From Mytilus trossulus (lineage: Eukaryota), in assembly GCF_036588685.1 (NCBI RefSeq), contig NC_086373.1, forward strand, positions 7,378,001 to 7,442,000: a DNA stretch of 64,000 nucleotides. The letters run 5' to 3'. Position 1 is the stretch's first letter, and each line of letters starts with the position of its first letter. The notes beneath the pieces are model-generated. The model made no database searches. It was not told the origin of the DNA and saw only the letters and a program-made list of their open reading frames with translations. The translations under genes were made by a program, and so were the position numbers. This document shows, one piece after another, positions 35,301 through 49,100 of this stretch.

Positions 35301-38186
35301 GGGGGGGGGGGGTGACAGGGGTTTTTCTAGTTAAAGGACAATTCAGCCAATTTAAAAGCAGTTTATATGTAAGGGAGGTAATACAATTCCAATTAAAATT
35401 TAAAGAATACTGCAGTATATGTTAAATTACTTGATTACCTCCCTTACACTGCCTGAAAATTATGTTAAGGGAAGTGACAATTGTCTTGAGATGTGTAGTT
35501 GTAAATTTTAAGTTACTGTTAATTAATATTGATTTTAATCATGACTGAAAGTAATTTTATATTTTAATACATTATAATGTATTTAAATGAGTAATTATTG
35601 TTGCCAACTTAAATTAGAAACTTGAATTGAGATTATTTTTGGAATAAGGGATTGGGGAGGTGAAAAAAATTGGGAGGGTGGGGGTTAAATTTTTCTCATT
35701 TCAGATTTCAGAAATGAAAAAGAATTTTCTTCAATTTTTTTTTTTGAGGGGATTTACATTCAACAGCATAGTGCATGTAGTGTATTGCTCAAAAGCAAAA
35801 AGTTCTTTATACCACATTCATTCTGTGTCAGAAACCTTTGCTGTGTCAACTATTTAATTACAATCCAAATTCAGAGCTGTATCAAGCTTGAATGTTGCAT
35901 CCATACCTGCCCCAACTTTACAGGGTCCAACCTCTGCGGTTGTATAGAGATGCACCCTGCGGAGCATCTGGTATAACTCAGTTTTAGTCAGAATGTATTA
36001 AAGTGGATCATTGGTTTATTTAGAAAAAATCTGTATTTTTTTTTACATAGAATAAATGTTAAACCATCTACTATACATCAGGTTTTAAAAAAAAAATCTG
36101 TGTTGCTCCATAAGGTTTTTCTGAAGTCTTAACTAAATGGAAATTCAAACAATAACGTGACATGTTCACTAATGCAGATCTCTGGGATATACTTTCACCC
36201 TTAGAGTACAAATTAAGTGAGAAGGTACATCAAATTAGATGTTATGCTTATACAAGACATAAAATATTTAAATACAGAAAGTGGTAACTTTAAAGTAACT
36301 TTAAACTCATTATAGAAATCTAGAGTTATCTCCCATGGTCATTCAGATTTTTTTTTAAATACATTTGTGCAAAAGTAAGAATGTCAAATTTTATTCTGAT
36401 TATAAAGTGTTTGGTTGTATTCCTATAACTTATATGTTTATTCTATTCATGGAAGTATATGTTATAAAAGAAATCAGTCTATTTACAGGCCTTTAATTAT
36501 ACATAACTTAATGTTTAGAAAGTATTGGTATTTATTGAAGATCTTGCAAAGTTCCCAAAAATGTATGAGAAGTTTGTTTAGATCTGACCTAAAAATGTTT
36601 CAGAAATTTTTTACTTTAAAAAAGAACTCTTTAAATTTCAGGCCTGGATTATATTAAAATTTAAGATACTAGCATACATTTAATGAATTTATTGAAGAAA
36701 CAGGAGCGATGAGTATTTAAACCTTGCAAAGATAATATGAATTTGACAAATTTACTTATTCAACATGTTCAAGTACTAGTACATGTATTAGACAAACTAA
36801 AGATTGACAAAGTGACATACAGAGTGTGGCCATAAGTATTCGTCACTTGAGATTTTTCACTATATATTGTATAGAGCATAGGATCAGATTCCCCTAAAAA
36901 AATATTTTGGGGTAATTTTTGGTTTGAATTTAAGCAACTTGGTTCCAATAGAGGCAAAATTGTCACAGGTTTATTTGTTTATTTGGTTATATTTTTTTGT
37001 GGATCATTTTCATTTTTTCACAAAATAAACACAAATATTTTTTTTTTGTTCAGAAATTCGCTATATATTCAACCAAATTAAATTACTAAAAAATAGTGTA
37101 TGTGTTCACATATAGAGAGAAAAGAAAAACACCTGAAGATAAAACTATTACCAAATAAACAAACATTCTTTAGCCAATAATACGTCTTTAAAGGCCTTGT
37201 TGTTCAAAATCCAACCATAAATGGGATCATTAAATGCCCTCAAAATATTTTTTTGGAAAAAAATGTTTTTATATGAATATATAGCAAAAATATGCAGGTA
37301 CTGTATCTTATATAACAAATACAAATACAAATATTTTATTGGCACAAACACAATTACAATAATTGGCAAAGGCCCATATTACAGTGCATTACAACAATGA
37401 ATACAGCATACATTTACTAGTATTTAAATATGTTATAAATGAGAAGCTAAAATCTCGTTTCTATACATCAGACATTTATGTATATAAGAACTAGTCACTT
37501 TCAGGACTTTTAAAGAATTACTATTAATACAACTATTAATATTTAGCTGATTTTCACTACAACATGTAGGAAGTATATTTAATATCTTATTTTTAAAGTT
37601 AAATCTATAGTTTGAAAAAAATTCACATTTCAGTAAAAAGTGATTTTCATCTTCTACCTCACCTGATTTACATACATTACAAACTCGTTCGTCGGTGGCT
37701 AAACCTAGATATCGCCCCTTTTCAATAGCAAGATTGTGTGCACTCAATCTAATTTTACACAGAGATGACCTTTCTAATCTATTACTTAGAACATCAACAT
37801 AAGAACTACGCTGCTTTGAATTATGAAATTGTTGGTAAAATTTTAGTTTTGATGAATCATGAATTTTTGATGATTGATCCTGTGTGCACTGATCAATCAC
37901 TCGTTGTTAACAGACACTTGTATAATATGCAAAAACACTAGGAGCTATTATTTTTAAATGGGAAATTCATCACGTTCTTAAGAAAAACAATTCCTGATAG
38001 TTGATTTTAATTTTCAAACGATCAGTTTCTATGAAAATTATTCTATGAAAGTATTTAAAATGCTGTATATTTTTTGTATATAATTTTGGTACGTGGCATT
38101 ACCTTGAAGGGTTTAACTTCGAATCCTGTGCATTCAAGTTCTTTTGAAATAGATCTTGTTAATATATTCAGCTCAGAAATGTCCAT
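32337..38186 (-). CDS. MMACHC: Cyanocobalamin reductase / alkylcobalamin dealkylase (cblC protein), 253 aa, 4 exons
   Basis: Exons 38186-38103, 34206-34012, 33357-33202, 32663-32337 (762 nt). Motifs [81 protein letters not shown] are diagnostic of MMACHC. Confidence 0.97.
32730..33101. mobile_element. MITE in MMACHC intron 3
   Basis: TIR AGACCACTTTCGAGTT / AACTCGAGAGTTGTCT. Confidence 0.65.
34460..35975 (+). mobile_element. Helentron/HINE-like family A copy
   Basis: Starts TTTTTAT..GCAAAAAATTTTGGGGTCGTATA, has internal GGAATTAGGGGCC tandem units and ends CTCTGCGGTTGTATAGAGATGCACCCTGCGGAGCATCTGGT. Confidence 0.75.
37316..37915 (-). mobile_element. 5'-truncated non-LTR retrotransposon (CR1/L2-group) 3' end with an intact ORF2 C-terminus
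   Basis: ORF 37900-37433 SKLKFYQQF...KIRLSAHNLAIEKGRY...RVCNVCKSGEVEDENHFLLKC (C-terminal CCHC region typical of LINE ORF2), followed by a short 3' UTR, AATAAA and a (TATTTG)n tail. Possible TSD CTT(A/G)TATAA. Confidence 0.82.
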
Positions 38187-38519
38187 GATTTTGTTTTTAC
38201 CGGTCATACTACTTTAACTGAGATTGTCAGTTTAATTTTTAAGACTGACAGCAGGAAATCCTGAACAAGATTATTTGGTAATAGACTGGATTAAATGTCG
38301 TAAATCTAACTAATACCAACATAACAATATAGACAACGACGGTCAGTGATTGTTTGTAAATCTTTCTTTTTTTTGCACAGTAAGCGAAACTACATTTATG
38401 TCTGATCTGTTTATAGACTGAATAAAATACCCCTTGCCCCCTCCCATTTTTTTTTAAATCATAAAAAAATATTAATAATAAAAAAATGTTATGTTAATTG
38501 GAAGAAAAAGTCCGTTTAT

Positions 38520-39720
38520 ACACTTAAATGTCTCGCCTACTTTACTAATCATTGATGATCATTGATATAATGTGATATTCCTAAATATGAAGCTTTATTA
38601 CAACTGTCACATAAACTTAACATTAACCAAGAAAACTAAACATTGACTAATGAACCATGAAAATAAGGTGAAGGTCAGATGAACCATGCCAGGCGGGAAT
38701 GTACAGCTAACAATTCTTTCATACAACAAATAGAGTTGACCTATTGCTTAAAATTTAAGTAAAACAGACCAAAAACACTAACACTTAACACTGAGCAATG
38801 AACCGTGAAAATGAGGCAAAAGTCAAATAAAACACGCGGTACTGACATATAGATCATAAAATATTTCCATACACCAAATATATAATCAAGAAAGGAAATG
38901 GGGAATGTGTCAAAGAGACAAGAACCCGACCACAGAGCAGACAACAGCCGAAGGCCACCCATGGGTATTCAATGTAGCGAGAATTCCCGCAACCGTACGT
39001 AGGTATAGTTGACCTATTGCATATAGTATTAGAAAAAATACCAAAACTCAAATCCTTACTTTGACCACTGAAGCATGAAAATGAGGTCACGGTCAGATGA
39101 CACCTAACAGTACGTCCATAAACCAAATTTAGTAAACCTATTGCATACAGTATAAGAAAAACAGATCAAAACACTAAAACTTAAATATAACCACTGAACC
39201 ATGAAAATGAGGTCAAGGTCAGATGACACCTGACAGTTAGACATGTACAAAACTTCAGAGGCGGATTTAGGGGGGGGCCCGGGCCCCCCCCCCTTTTTGG
39301 AAAAAAATTTGGTTGCTTATATAGGGAATCACTGTTCAAAGCGTGACTGGAGCGGGCCCCCACTTATGAAAAATCCTGGATCCGCCACTGAACTTAACCT
39401 TGTTCACTGATCTATGCAATGAGGTCGAGGTCAAGTGAAAACTGTCTGACGGACATGAGAACCTTGCAAGGTACGCACTTACCAAATATAATTATCCTAT
39501 TACTTATAATAAGAGAGAATTTAACATTACAAAAAATCTAAAGCTGACAGAAACTTCGCAACATGAGGCATCCATATACAAAGTAGAAAGCATCCAGGTC
39601 TTCCACCTTCTAAAATATAAAGCTTTAAAGAAGTTAGCTTACGCCGCCGCAGTAGCTGTAGCCGCCGCCGCTGATTCCTATGTCGACCTTTCTGCAACAA
39701 CAGTTACAGGCTCGACAATA
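38520..39720 (-). mobile_element. HINE-like element with AACCATGAAAATGAGGTCAAGGTCAGATGA tandem units, with two nested insertions
   Basis: Repeated unit at about 38652, 38800, 39070 and 39197; GCCGCC tract and TGTCGAC..TCGACA subterminal repeat at 39650-39720. Confidence 0.65.
39256..39390. mobile_element. Short GC-rich hAT-like MITE with 5-bp TSD
   Basis: TIR CAGAGGCGGATTTAGG / CCTGGATCCGCCACTG, TSD AACTT both sides. Confidence 0.82.
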
Positions 39721-39849
39721 CGGAAAAAGAGTAAATACATTATTTCAAAATTTCCTTCTGGATACTATCTTATAACCACAAACAAGATTCTGTCCAAGTT
39801 TGGTAGAGTTCCAGGATAGTTTAAAGAAAGTTATTAAAATTTCAAAAAC

Positions 39850-40103
39850 ATTTTCGGCTCTCCATTTGCGAGAATGGTTTTGAAGAAACGATGATCGATA
39901 GTCCGTCGGAAGGGGACAATAAATGGCTGACCCGTATTAACAGAGCCACATATCTTGCACGTAAAAGACACCCTTGTAGATTTCGAAAAAGAGCAGGCTA
40001 ATGCTGCTACAAGGCAGCACTCGCACCCGCAAAGTGGAAAGGGATAAATATAAGTTGCAATAACTTGTTTCCCAATCCACTATGAATAATATGTTTAAAC
40101 TAA
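39850..40103 (+). mobile_element. 5'-truncated copy of the Nin/Deu-like SINE
   Basis: High identity to 17000-17262; lacks the tRNA head. Confidence 0.85.
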
Positions 40104-41789
40104 TAACTTTAGCCACAAAGTGAATCTAGTGTTAACTGGCAGAAAACATCAGTCCATTTAATATTAGTAAAATACCTATTGATAGAAACAGATTAAAGTC
40201 ATAAGAAATCTCAAATTAAAAAAAATTATGCAAATGTTTTTTATAACTAAATGGATAGTTTTCATTATACAACTTATGTACATATACTTTTTTCTGAGGA
40301 AAATTCTTTAATTTGTCCACATTTAGGAGAAGTTTACTTATATTTAATTGCTTGCTTGCTAAACAAATATCTGATTATACACGTTAAACACGTCCTCAAT
40401 ACCCATGCTTTTTGTGATTTGTTTACTATAAGGTAACAATCGGTAAAACTCGGCTTCAAAACACGGCATTTAATGAGCAGCCATATTTGTTAAATCATAA
40501 CAAACAGAGAGAAAAAAAAATTGACGATTATATGATATATTTGTGAAAATAATGATAAAATCGTGCACAGAGGACTAAGTTTATGATGTATACATGCATT
40601 GGTTCAAGAATTGGACAAACATTATTTTTCACCACTCACTCGTTTCATATGACTTTAAAAAAAAATTATATCTGGATACTATTTTATGAATTAGACCGTT
40701 GGTTTCCCCGTTTGAATGGTTTTACACTAGTAATGTTGGGGCCATTTATAGCTTGTTGTTCGGTGTGAGCCAAGGCTCCGTGTTGAAGGCCGTACATTGA
40801 CATATAATGGTTTACTTTTTTTTTAAATTGTTATTTGGATGGAGAGTTTTCTCATTGGCACTCACACCACATCTTCCTATTTGTGGACGCCACAGCCGCC
40901 GACGACGACGACGGAATTTTGGATCGCTGTCTCGCTTTTGTGCTAAAAATCGCACTGGCTCGACAAAAATGGAGATACATTTTTTATAATGAGTATATTA
41001 TGAGTTATTTCAAATGATTTTGTTTGCTATTTCGTCGACTAGATTTTGTGTATAGTGATGGGTGCAAAATGAAATATTGGTTTGAAGTCTCTTATTTCAT
41101 ATGGAACGTTACTTTAATATGTACACGTTTGCATAAAGTTAAATTTGATATCCACTCTAAAATGGAACTATGGACGATAGGAGCAGTCTCAATACTTCAA
41201 CATGTCACTTTACATCCTATCCTTAATGGTAATATTTGTCCTTCAAGTCTATTGTTTAAATAAGTAAAATAACTAAACACAGGTTATATTTATACTAAAG
41301 TTCTGTAGCATATACAAATCGGTCAGTCCGTTCATGTCCAAAACAAATGGTTTCCTGATGATAACCAGAGAACCTCTTGCTTGATTGAAAAAAAATAAAG
41401 ATTATATAAGAAAGGGGATCAAACTTATTGATGTAGAGTAAAATTTACCTGAGCAACAGGATCTGCGTACCCTTCTGGAATACCTGTAACCAACCCCTGT
41501 TTTAGGAGGGGTTCGTTTTGCTCAGTCTTTGTTTAGTTTTCTTTTTTTATGTTTTGCTTACTTTAATTTTTCTTTTGCTCGTGTTTTTCTTATACCATAG
41601 AATTGTAAGTTTTTCGTCGATTTAATAATTGTTTTCCCAGGAACATATACATAGTGATATACTGTTCCAAGGTTTTCCAGTTTCTCGTTTGGCTTGGAAT
41701 GAAGCTTTTACAGATGGGAGATATAAGAAAACAGCAACAGCCTCCCGTTTTTTGGGTCAATGTCAAAGGTCAAGGTGACTTGTAAAACA

Positions 41790-42828
41790 GATTTTTGTTT
41801 TGCTTCTGTGCTGTTGAATATAAATCCCCTCCAAAAAAATAATTGAATAAAAAATTCTGTTTGATTTCTGAAATCTGAAATGAGAAAAATAATAAGGGAG
41901 GTAATCAAGTATTCAAAAATATATATGACAGAATTCTTTAAATTGTTTATTGGATTACCTCCCTTACACTGCTTAAATTGTCTTTTAACCAGAAAAAAAC
42001 CCTTGTTTTCCCTCCTTTTTAGCCCCTAATTGGTTTATGATTTGAGCCATAACCCCATAGCCATCCCTTTGTAGTATGGAAACTTGTGGTATAATTTCAG
42101 AGAGATTTATTCACTTCAACACAAGTTATTGACTGAAAACTACAAAAAATGCTTTTTTGGTCCCCCCTTTTGACCCCTTACTTATTGACCCCCCTTTTAG
42201 AACCAAAACTCAATTCCAGCCTTTCCTTTGTAGTAAGAAAGCTTGTAGTATAATTTCAGAGAGATCCATACACTTAAACACAAGCTATTGTCTGTAAACT
42301 TGAAAAATACCTCTTTTTAGGCCCCTTATTCCTAAATGTTCAGGGATATTAACTCCACACTGAATCCAAGCCTTCCCTTCGTTTTATTGAATCTTGTGGT
42401 ACAATGTCAGAGAGATCCATATAGTTATACATAAGTTATTAGCCCAAAACTATAAAAAAATATTTTTTGGCCCTTAATTCCTAGGCTGTTTGCCCCATAA
42501 CCCTTAACCTTCTACTTAATGATATAAACATTATGGTGCAATATCAGAGCAATTGAAATACTTTTATACAACTTATTGTCCTGCGGCTAGATAAATACTT
42601 GTTTTGGGCCTATAATTTCTAAATTGTTGGGACCATAACCCCCAAAATCAATTCCAACCCTTCTTTTGTGGTTATAAACATTGTGTTAAAATTTTATTGA
42701 TTTCTATTTACTTGTACTAAATTCATTATCCTGAAACCATCTGTCTTCTGACGATGCTGACGACGACACAGACAATGTGATACCAATATACAACAATTTT
42801 TTTTAAAACTTTTGCAGTCGTATAAAAA
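41790..42828 (-). mobile_element. Helentron/HINE-like family A copy (partial)
   Basis: Tandem TAATTTCAGAGAGATCCATACACTTAAACACAAG units, GACGAC tract and terminal TTTGCAGTCGTATAAAAA. Confidence 0.72.
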
Positions 42829-43856
42829 TAGCATTAACAGTACACTACATGTTTTTTTCTCTCCAATTATTTATGTATTGTTAACCCATCAAAAATTAAA
42901 ATTAATATATGTGCAATTCCATAAACATCAGTTGCCATCTTTTCAATTATTTAAATCTTGAAATCAGCTATAAACAGTAATAGCATCAATTTGACGGCAC
43001 CAAAGGTGCATTTCAACAATTAACATCTCTACAGCAATACAGGCTAAATATTTCAACATCCAAAACTGAATAAAATAGTTTTAAAGTAAAAAACCCATAA
43101 GGACCAAAAAAGCAGAACAAAACGCCCCAAATGTTGGTGTAAATTTTGATATGCCAGTTTCACTTTTCTAAAATCTAAAATGCTATGGTTCCTTTTCTGA
43201 TATCAGTTTCTTTCAATGAATTTACCAATGCCACTGAATTTTTTAGCTGTTTGGTATGTCAAAGTATTGCTGTTCTTGTTCTAACTGCCCATCACTCGAA
43301 GTAATCTTTGATTTTGTAATGTACATATTAAACTTATTTCTATAATGCAGCGAGTTATTGAATTGTTTTACTGTTCTCCCAACTAAAAGGGTTGACTAGG
43401 GTATAACACAAATGTTGTCCAGCAGTTAAACCCATGCTAAATGGGTGACCATGTGTCTGTGTGGGAAATATAAATTCTCAGTCACACTCTGTTGATGGCT
43501 TGTACAGGGAGAACTTCTAGCTCATGGCATATCAATCTTTGTTACAGCAAATGGTATTCTTAATTTGCGTTTCCACTTAGCAAAATGTCCACCCCTATCG
43601 AGCACACCTTCCTTTCCCAATGGTAATTCAATATTCCATCTTTTTATCTTAGTTTACCCATTTTGCAAAATTTGCTGAGTGAAATAATTTTTAATTTGTT
43701 CTACTCCTGAACATGCATTAATTATGGAACACTGGATGTGAAGCATACAAATGTCAATTGTTTTTTTCATTCACTGGTTGAGAGCTCAAAAACAGTTTTA
43801 ACCAAGCAACATGTGTTAGCCATTTCTAATTCACAAATACTGGCACTGGTTGTCAC

Positions 43857-44017
43857 CAGAGACGGATTTAGGAGGGGCATGGGGTCCAGCCCCCCCCCCT
43901 TTTTGGGAAAAAATTTGGTTGCTTACATAGGGAATCACTGAAGCGTGACTGGAGCGGGCCCCCTCTTAGGTCAGTAAGTGGGCCCCCACTTATGAAATTT
44001 CCTGGATTCCGCCACTG
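43857..44017. mobile_element. Second copy of the GC-rich hAT-like MITE
   Basis: CAGAGACGGATTTAGG...GGATTCCGCCACTG; flanks GTCAC/GTCAA. A fragment of the same family lies at about 30540-30635. Confidence 0.8.
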
Positions 44018-46178
44018 GTCAAAGTGCATATGATGACATTTCTCTTTTATTTCTAGCATTAATAGTTTGCTGTCTCACAGATGTTTACCCTTAAGTATGA
44101 GTATATAATACATTGATTAAAGCACATGTATTAAAACATGAATTACCTCTCTCGATATAAACCTTTAATATGAGTTTTAAAAGAAAAAAACAAAATATAG
44201 ATCTGAATTTTATTTTGGACATTTCCCATTGCACACAAACAGGTTTGTTGAATGACAAAACATAAATTAACATATGGAACAATATAATACATAAGTTTGT
44301 GTGCCAATTTCATCAGAAAGCCTCTATTATATCTAATTTATGTTCACACATTTCAAACGTGAACAATTCCTCCAATTAAATACACAATAGAACTTATGTG
44401 TACAAATTTAGATTTTGACTTTTGACACTCAATCACTCAGCTTTTTAGAAGAGATAGTGTATTTATATCTAGTATCTTTTTTCTTGTTGATTCCTATTTT
44501 AAAATTAGGTCTTTCCTGTCTGTTGTATTATTTCATCAAGTAGAATAATACATCCTGTTTGTGTTGTTTTTTTGTTCAGGCAATGAGTTGATGAACATGA
44601 TAAATGGCCACATATATTAGTATCTGAGACCAAGTGATTGAGTTGTTAATGTTCCTGAACATATAAATCTTCACTAAAAAGATTCACAAGTTTTATGACA
44701 ATGGTATCTCATCAATTGCTTTCTTTGAGCTAATTTATGTTAAAAGCAATCATAATTGAAAAAAATATAAACAATTATAACATCATAAATTCCTTTTGTA
44801 ATACATTCATTCATGTCAATTAATTTTCAAGTTAATACATGTATATATATATATCCTCCATAAGTTTAGAAACTCTTTTCAATTGGTCTCAATTCACCAC
44901 CAATCAAATTGTGTGTAGTAGATGAAAGACACACCGGTGGTCTAATGATACTCTAACCTTTGATGACTCACTGAGAGTACTACAGCACAATGCAACTTTC
45001 TTATTTTTGTTTTGTTTAAAATAAGCAGGTGTAATTTTTTTATTTGTTTTCTTAAATTTGAAGCTTAAAGAGAACAAAAGGAAGCACACATAAATATGCA
45101 AATTATAGATGAAGACATATAGCACTATGCCAAGTTCATCTGGGCATAAAAACATTTTTTTGGAAGAATACTTTTAACTATCTTACACAGTAGAAATATC
45201 ATGGTATATGATTACCGGTAGTTAAAATGATATACAATCTAAAAGTATCAGAGAGTTTGGAAATTTTCAGATCTGCAAGGAAATAAATCATCAAATAAAG
45301 TAATACCCAAAAGCCTGTATTTGATCCATAAATTATTAACATTTTTGGCAAGTATTAAGATCAGGGAGAATTTCTATTTTGTTTGAGGAATGTTAGAAGT
45401 TGAGAGTCTTTGTTTGTTGAGAAATGAAATATTTACCACGGCCATATATTTAATAAAAAGAATCTTGGTATATAAGCTTTTTCAATGTCTTCACTGTAGT
45501 GAACCAGGTTATCAGCAAGGTAAATAATTTGCATTAAATAATATTTTTTTAGTCCCAATTTAGTTTTTCAGAAAATGCAAATATCAATGAATTTCAATGA
45601 GAATCTGTTTATGTATGATAAATGTACACATTTTGACTATCAACATTTTCACATAATATTTACATGTTATACAGGGTGGGTTAATGATCACAGCCTCGAC
45701 GCCTTAAACATATAACCTATGTTATAATAAGGCAAATAGATCTTATAACTAATCTACGCTGGGCTGACAGTGGCAGTAAACTTTTTATAGAAACTTCAAA
45801 TGAGTAAATTAATAAGAATTCTATCAGTCTAGTACCTGCTCATTTTTTTCTCTCTCTCTCTTGATTTTGACTGATGAAATAAAATAATATTTCATTAAGA
45901 ATAATCAGAACATTATAAAATATCCTGGTACCAATGAAGTTGTTGCACATAACCTTTAATCAGTTTTCATTAGAAAAAAATTGTCAAATCTTGTTGAAAT
46001 AAACATAAAACTGTATACAAATATTTACATTCAGCAATTTTTATGGTTTCACTTTGATGTGAAATAAGTTTATGTGTTTGTAATTTTTTTTACAATTTTA
46101 TGGTTCATCACATGGTATATGTAATTTTGTTTGCACCAAAAGATAAAAGCACTAATAAATAATGGTGGCTGATTGTTA

Positions 46179-49100
46179 TCAGTGATGATGTCGACCTTGA
46201 ACTTGAGATTTTAAAAATTCTTCATAAGCTGCCTCCATTTCATCATCCATACCTGAATAGCCATCATCATAATGTTCTATCCTATAATAAAGAAAACACA
46301 AATTTTATTAAAATATGAAAGTTAAAAATAATAAGATGATGATCTAGTCATCACAAATAACCTGACTTGCAGATATGCCTTACATTTTGGATTCTTTCCA
46401 ATCCCAGATATCATTGTTTAGTTAAATTTAAACAGTATTTTATTGAAAAAAATTTGAATTGGATTGGGAAACAGGCAATGCTTATGTAAGCCCTCTCCAT
46501 AAGAGAAATCAGAGTAATAATATACAGACAGTATTTGGTAAATTAAAGTTTTCATTCAACAATTAACTTACTGTTGATAATCATAATTTTCAGGATATGC
46601 TGACCAGGATGGATAAAATTGACCATCATCTAATTCTCCAGCCTCCCATCTGGCGTACTCCTCAGCTGCCTCCTCCTCTGCCATCAGATAACTATTATAG
46701 TCGTTAAAACCTGCCTCTTCTCTCGTGATTGGCTGTCCCTTACTGTTATAAAATATTGGCTCATTCTACAAAAATATATCATTAAAGATCAATTTTATAT
46801 AACTACTTAAGGAGGCTCGCCGGTTTAAGATTTTCAGAAAAAAATAAAACTTTTTTCAAATTTTATTAATTACATTTAGTAGTTATTTTATCTTAGGGTA
46901 CAAAAATCATTCCAAAAAATCTTTTCGTGTTGGCCACAGGTGACTTTTAAAATGAAGTTATCATTGGAAAAGCTCCAAATTATCTCCCTTTGGTGCAAAA
47001 ATGCCATTTTTAGCATAAAAATTGAAATATCTTTTTTAACTCATTGGTGACCTATATTTTTTAAGGTTGTTTTCAAATAAGCTGAACATAAACTAAATAA
47101 TTGTAAAATTTATGCGATTTCTGTAATTAGCTTCTTTTTTATTTCGATATTACCGATTTTTCTCCTATAAGTTCAACAGAAAAACAGAACATTAACAAAA
47201 ATGTATGCTTCTTTCGAAGGCAGATTGTGAGCGTAAATGAACGGTGATCCCATTTTTTTATTTCATTTTTCTATTAAGTATAAGATAAAGTTCATTTATA
47301 GAAAAATAAGGCAAAGTCCTGTATTAAATAACCAGATGCTTCGCAGGGCGTAGCTTTATACGACCGCAGAGGTTGAACCCTGAACGGTTGGGGCAAGTAT
47401 GGACACAACATTCAAGCTGGATTCAGCTCTAAATTTGGATTGTGATTAAATAGTTGACACAGCATAGGTTTCTGACACAGAATGAATGTGTTCTAATGAA
47501 CTTAAAAATTTTGTTTTCTCTTAGAGCAATTCACTATGCTGTTCAATATTAATCCTCTCAAAAAAATGTTTGGAGAAATTTTCTTTTTATTTATGAAATT
47601 TCAAATGAGAAAAATAAAACCCAATTTTTTAATCACATCCCCCTTTCCCTTATTCCAAAACTAATCTCAATTATAATATTCTAATGGAGTTTGCAACAAT
47701 AACTACTCATTTAAATACATCATAAAATATTAAGATGTTAAAAAACTGCTTGTTATCACTGAATGGTAAAGATTATTTAAATTTATCAGTTGGTAGTAAA
47801 AAGTGAATATACATTGTATATTTATCAGTTGGTAGTAAAAAGTGAATATACATTGTATATTGTATATAACAAAGATTTAAGTTGATTCTGGACAAAGAAA
47901 GATAACTCCAATTAAAAAAAATTCTTGCAATAAGATATTTCTTGCTTACTATTTTGGACAAAGAAAGATAACTCTAATTTAAAAAAAATTTGCTATTTCA
48001 CAATATTGTGAAATTATATATTTCTTGCCATTGCACAATACTGTGCAATTGAAAAGACTTGCTATTGCACAATACTTAATATAATAATTTTAGATCCTGA
48101 TTTGGACCAACTTGAAAACTGGGCCCATAATCAAAAATCTAAGTACATGTTTAGATTCAGCATATCAAAGAGGCCCAAGAATTTAATTTTTGTTAAAATC
48201 AAACTTAGTTTAATTTTTGACCCTTTGGACCTTAATGTAGGCCAATTTGAAAACGGGACCAAAAATGAAGAATCTACATACACAGTTAGATTTGTCATAT
48301 CAAAGAACCCCATTTATTCAATTTTTGATGAAATCAAACAAGTTTAATTTTGGACCCAGATTTGGACCAACTTGAAAACTGGGCCAATAATCAAGAATCT
48401 AAGTACATTTTTAGATTCAACATATCAAAGAACCCAACCGATTAATTTTTTGTCAAAATCAAACTAAGTTTAATTTTGGACCCTTTGGACCTTAATGTAG
48501 ACCTATTTGAAAACATGACCAAAAGTTAAGAATCTACATACACAGTTAGATTCGGCATATCAAAGAACCCCAATTATTCAATTTTGATGAAATCAAACAA
48601 AGTTTAATTTTGGACCCTTTGGGCCCCTTTTTCCTACTGTTGGGACCAAAACTCCCAAAATCAATATCAACCTTCCTTTTATGGTCATTAACCTTGTGTT
48701 TAAATTTCATAGATTTCTATTTACTTATACTAACGTTATGGTGTGAAAACCAAGAAAAATGCTTATTTGGGTCCCTTTTTGGCCCCTAATTCCTAAACTG
48801 TTGGGACCTAAACTCCCAAAATCAATATTAATCTTCCTTTCGTGGTCATAAACATTATGTTTAAATTTCATTGATTTCTATTTACTTAAACTAAAGTTAT
48901 TGTGCGAAAACCAATAATAATGTATTTGGGCCCTTTTTTGGCCCCTAATTCCTAAACTGTTGGAACCAAAACTCCCAAAACAATCCCAACCTTTCTTTTG
49001 TGGTCATCAACCTTGTGTCAAAATTTCATAGATTTCTATTAACTTAAACTAAAGTTATAGTGCGAAAACCAAGAAAATGCTTATTTGGGCCCATTTTGGC

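Noticed and set aside
37433-37900. Stand-alone novel zinc-finger gene nested in MMACHC
   Set aside because: Motifs and the 3' microsatellite tail identify it as the truncated end of a LINE ORF2.
43140-43750. Possible additional gene or ncRNA between MMACHC and PAIP1
   Set aside because: No spliceable ORF found. Its 3' part (CACTGGATGTGAAGCA) resembles a SINE-like tail also seen reversed at about 13615-13660, so it is more likely an old repeat.
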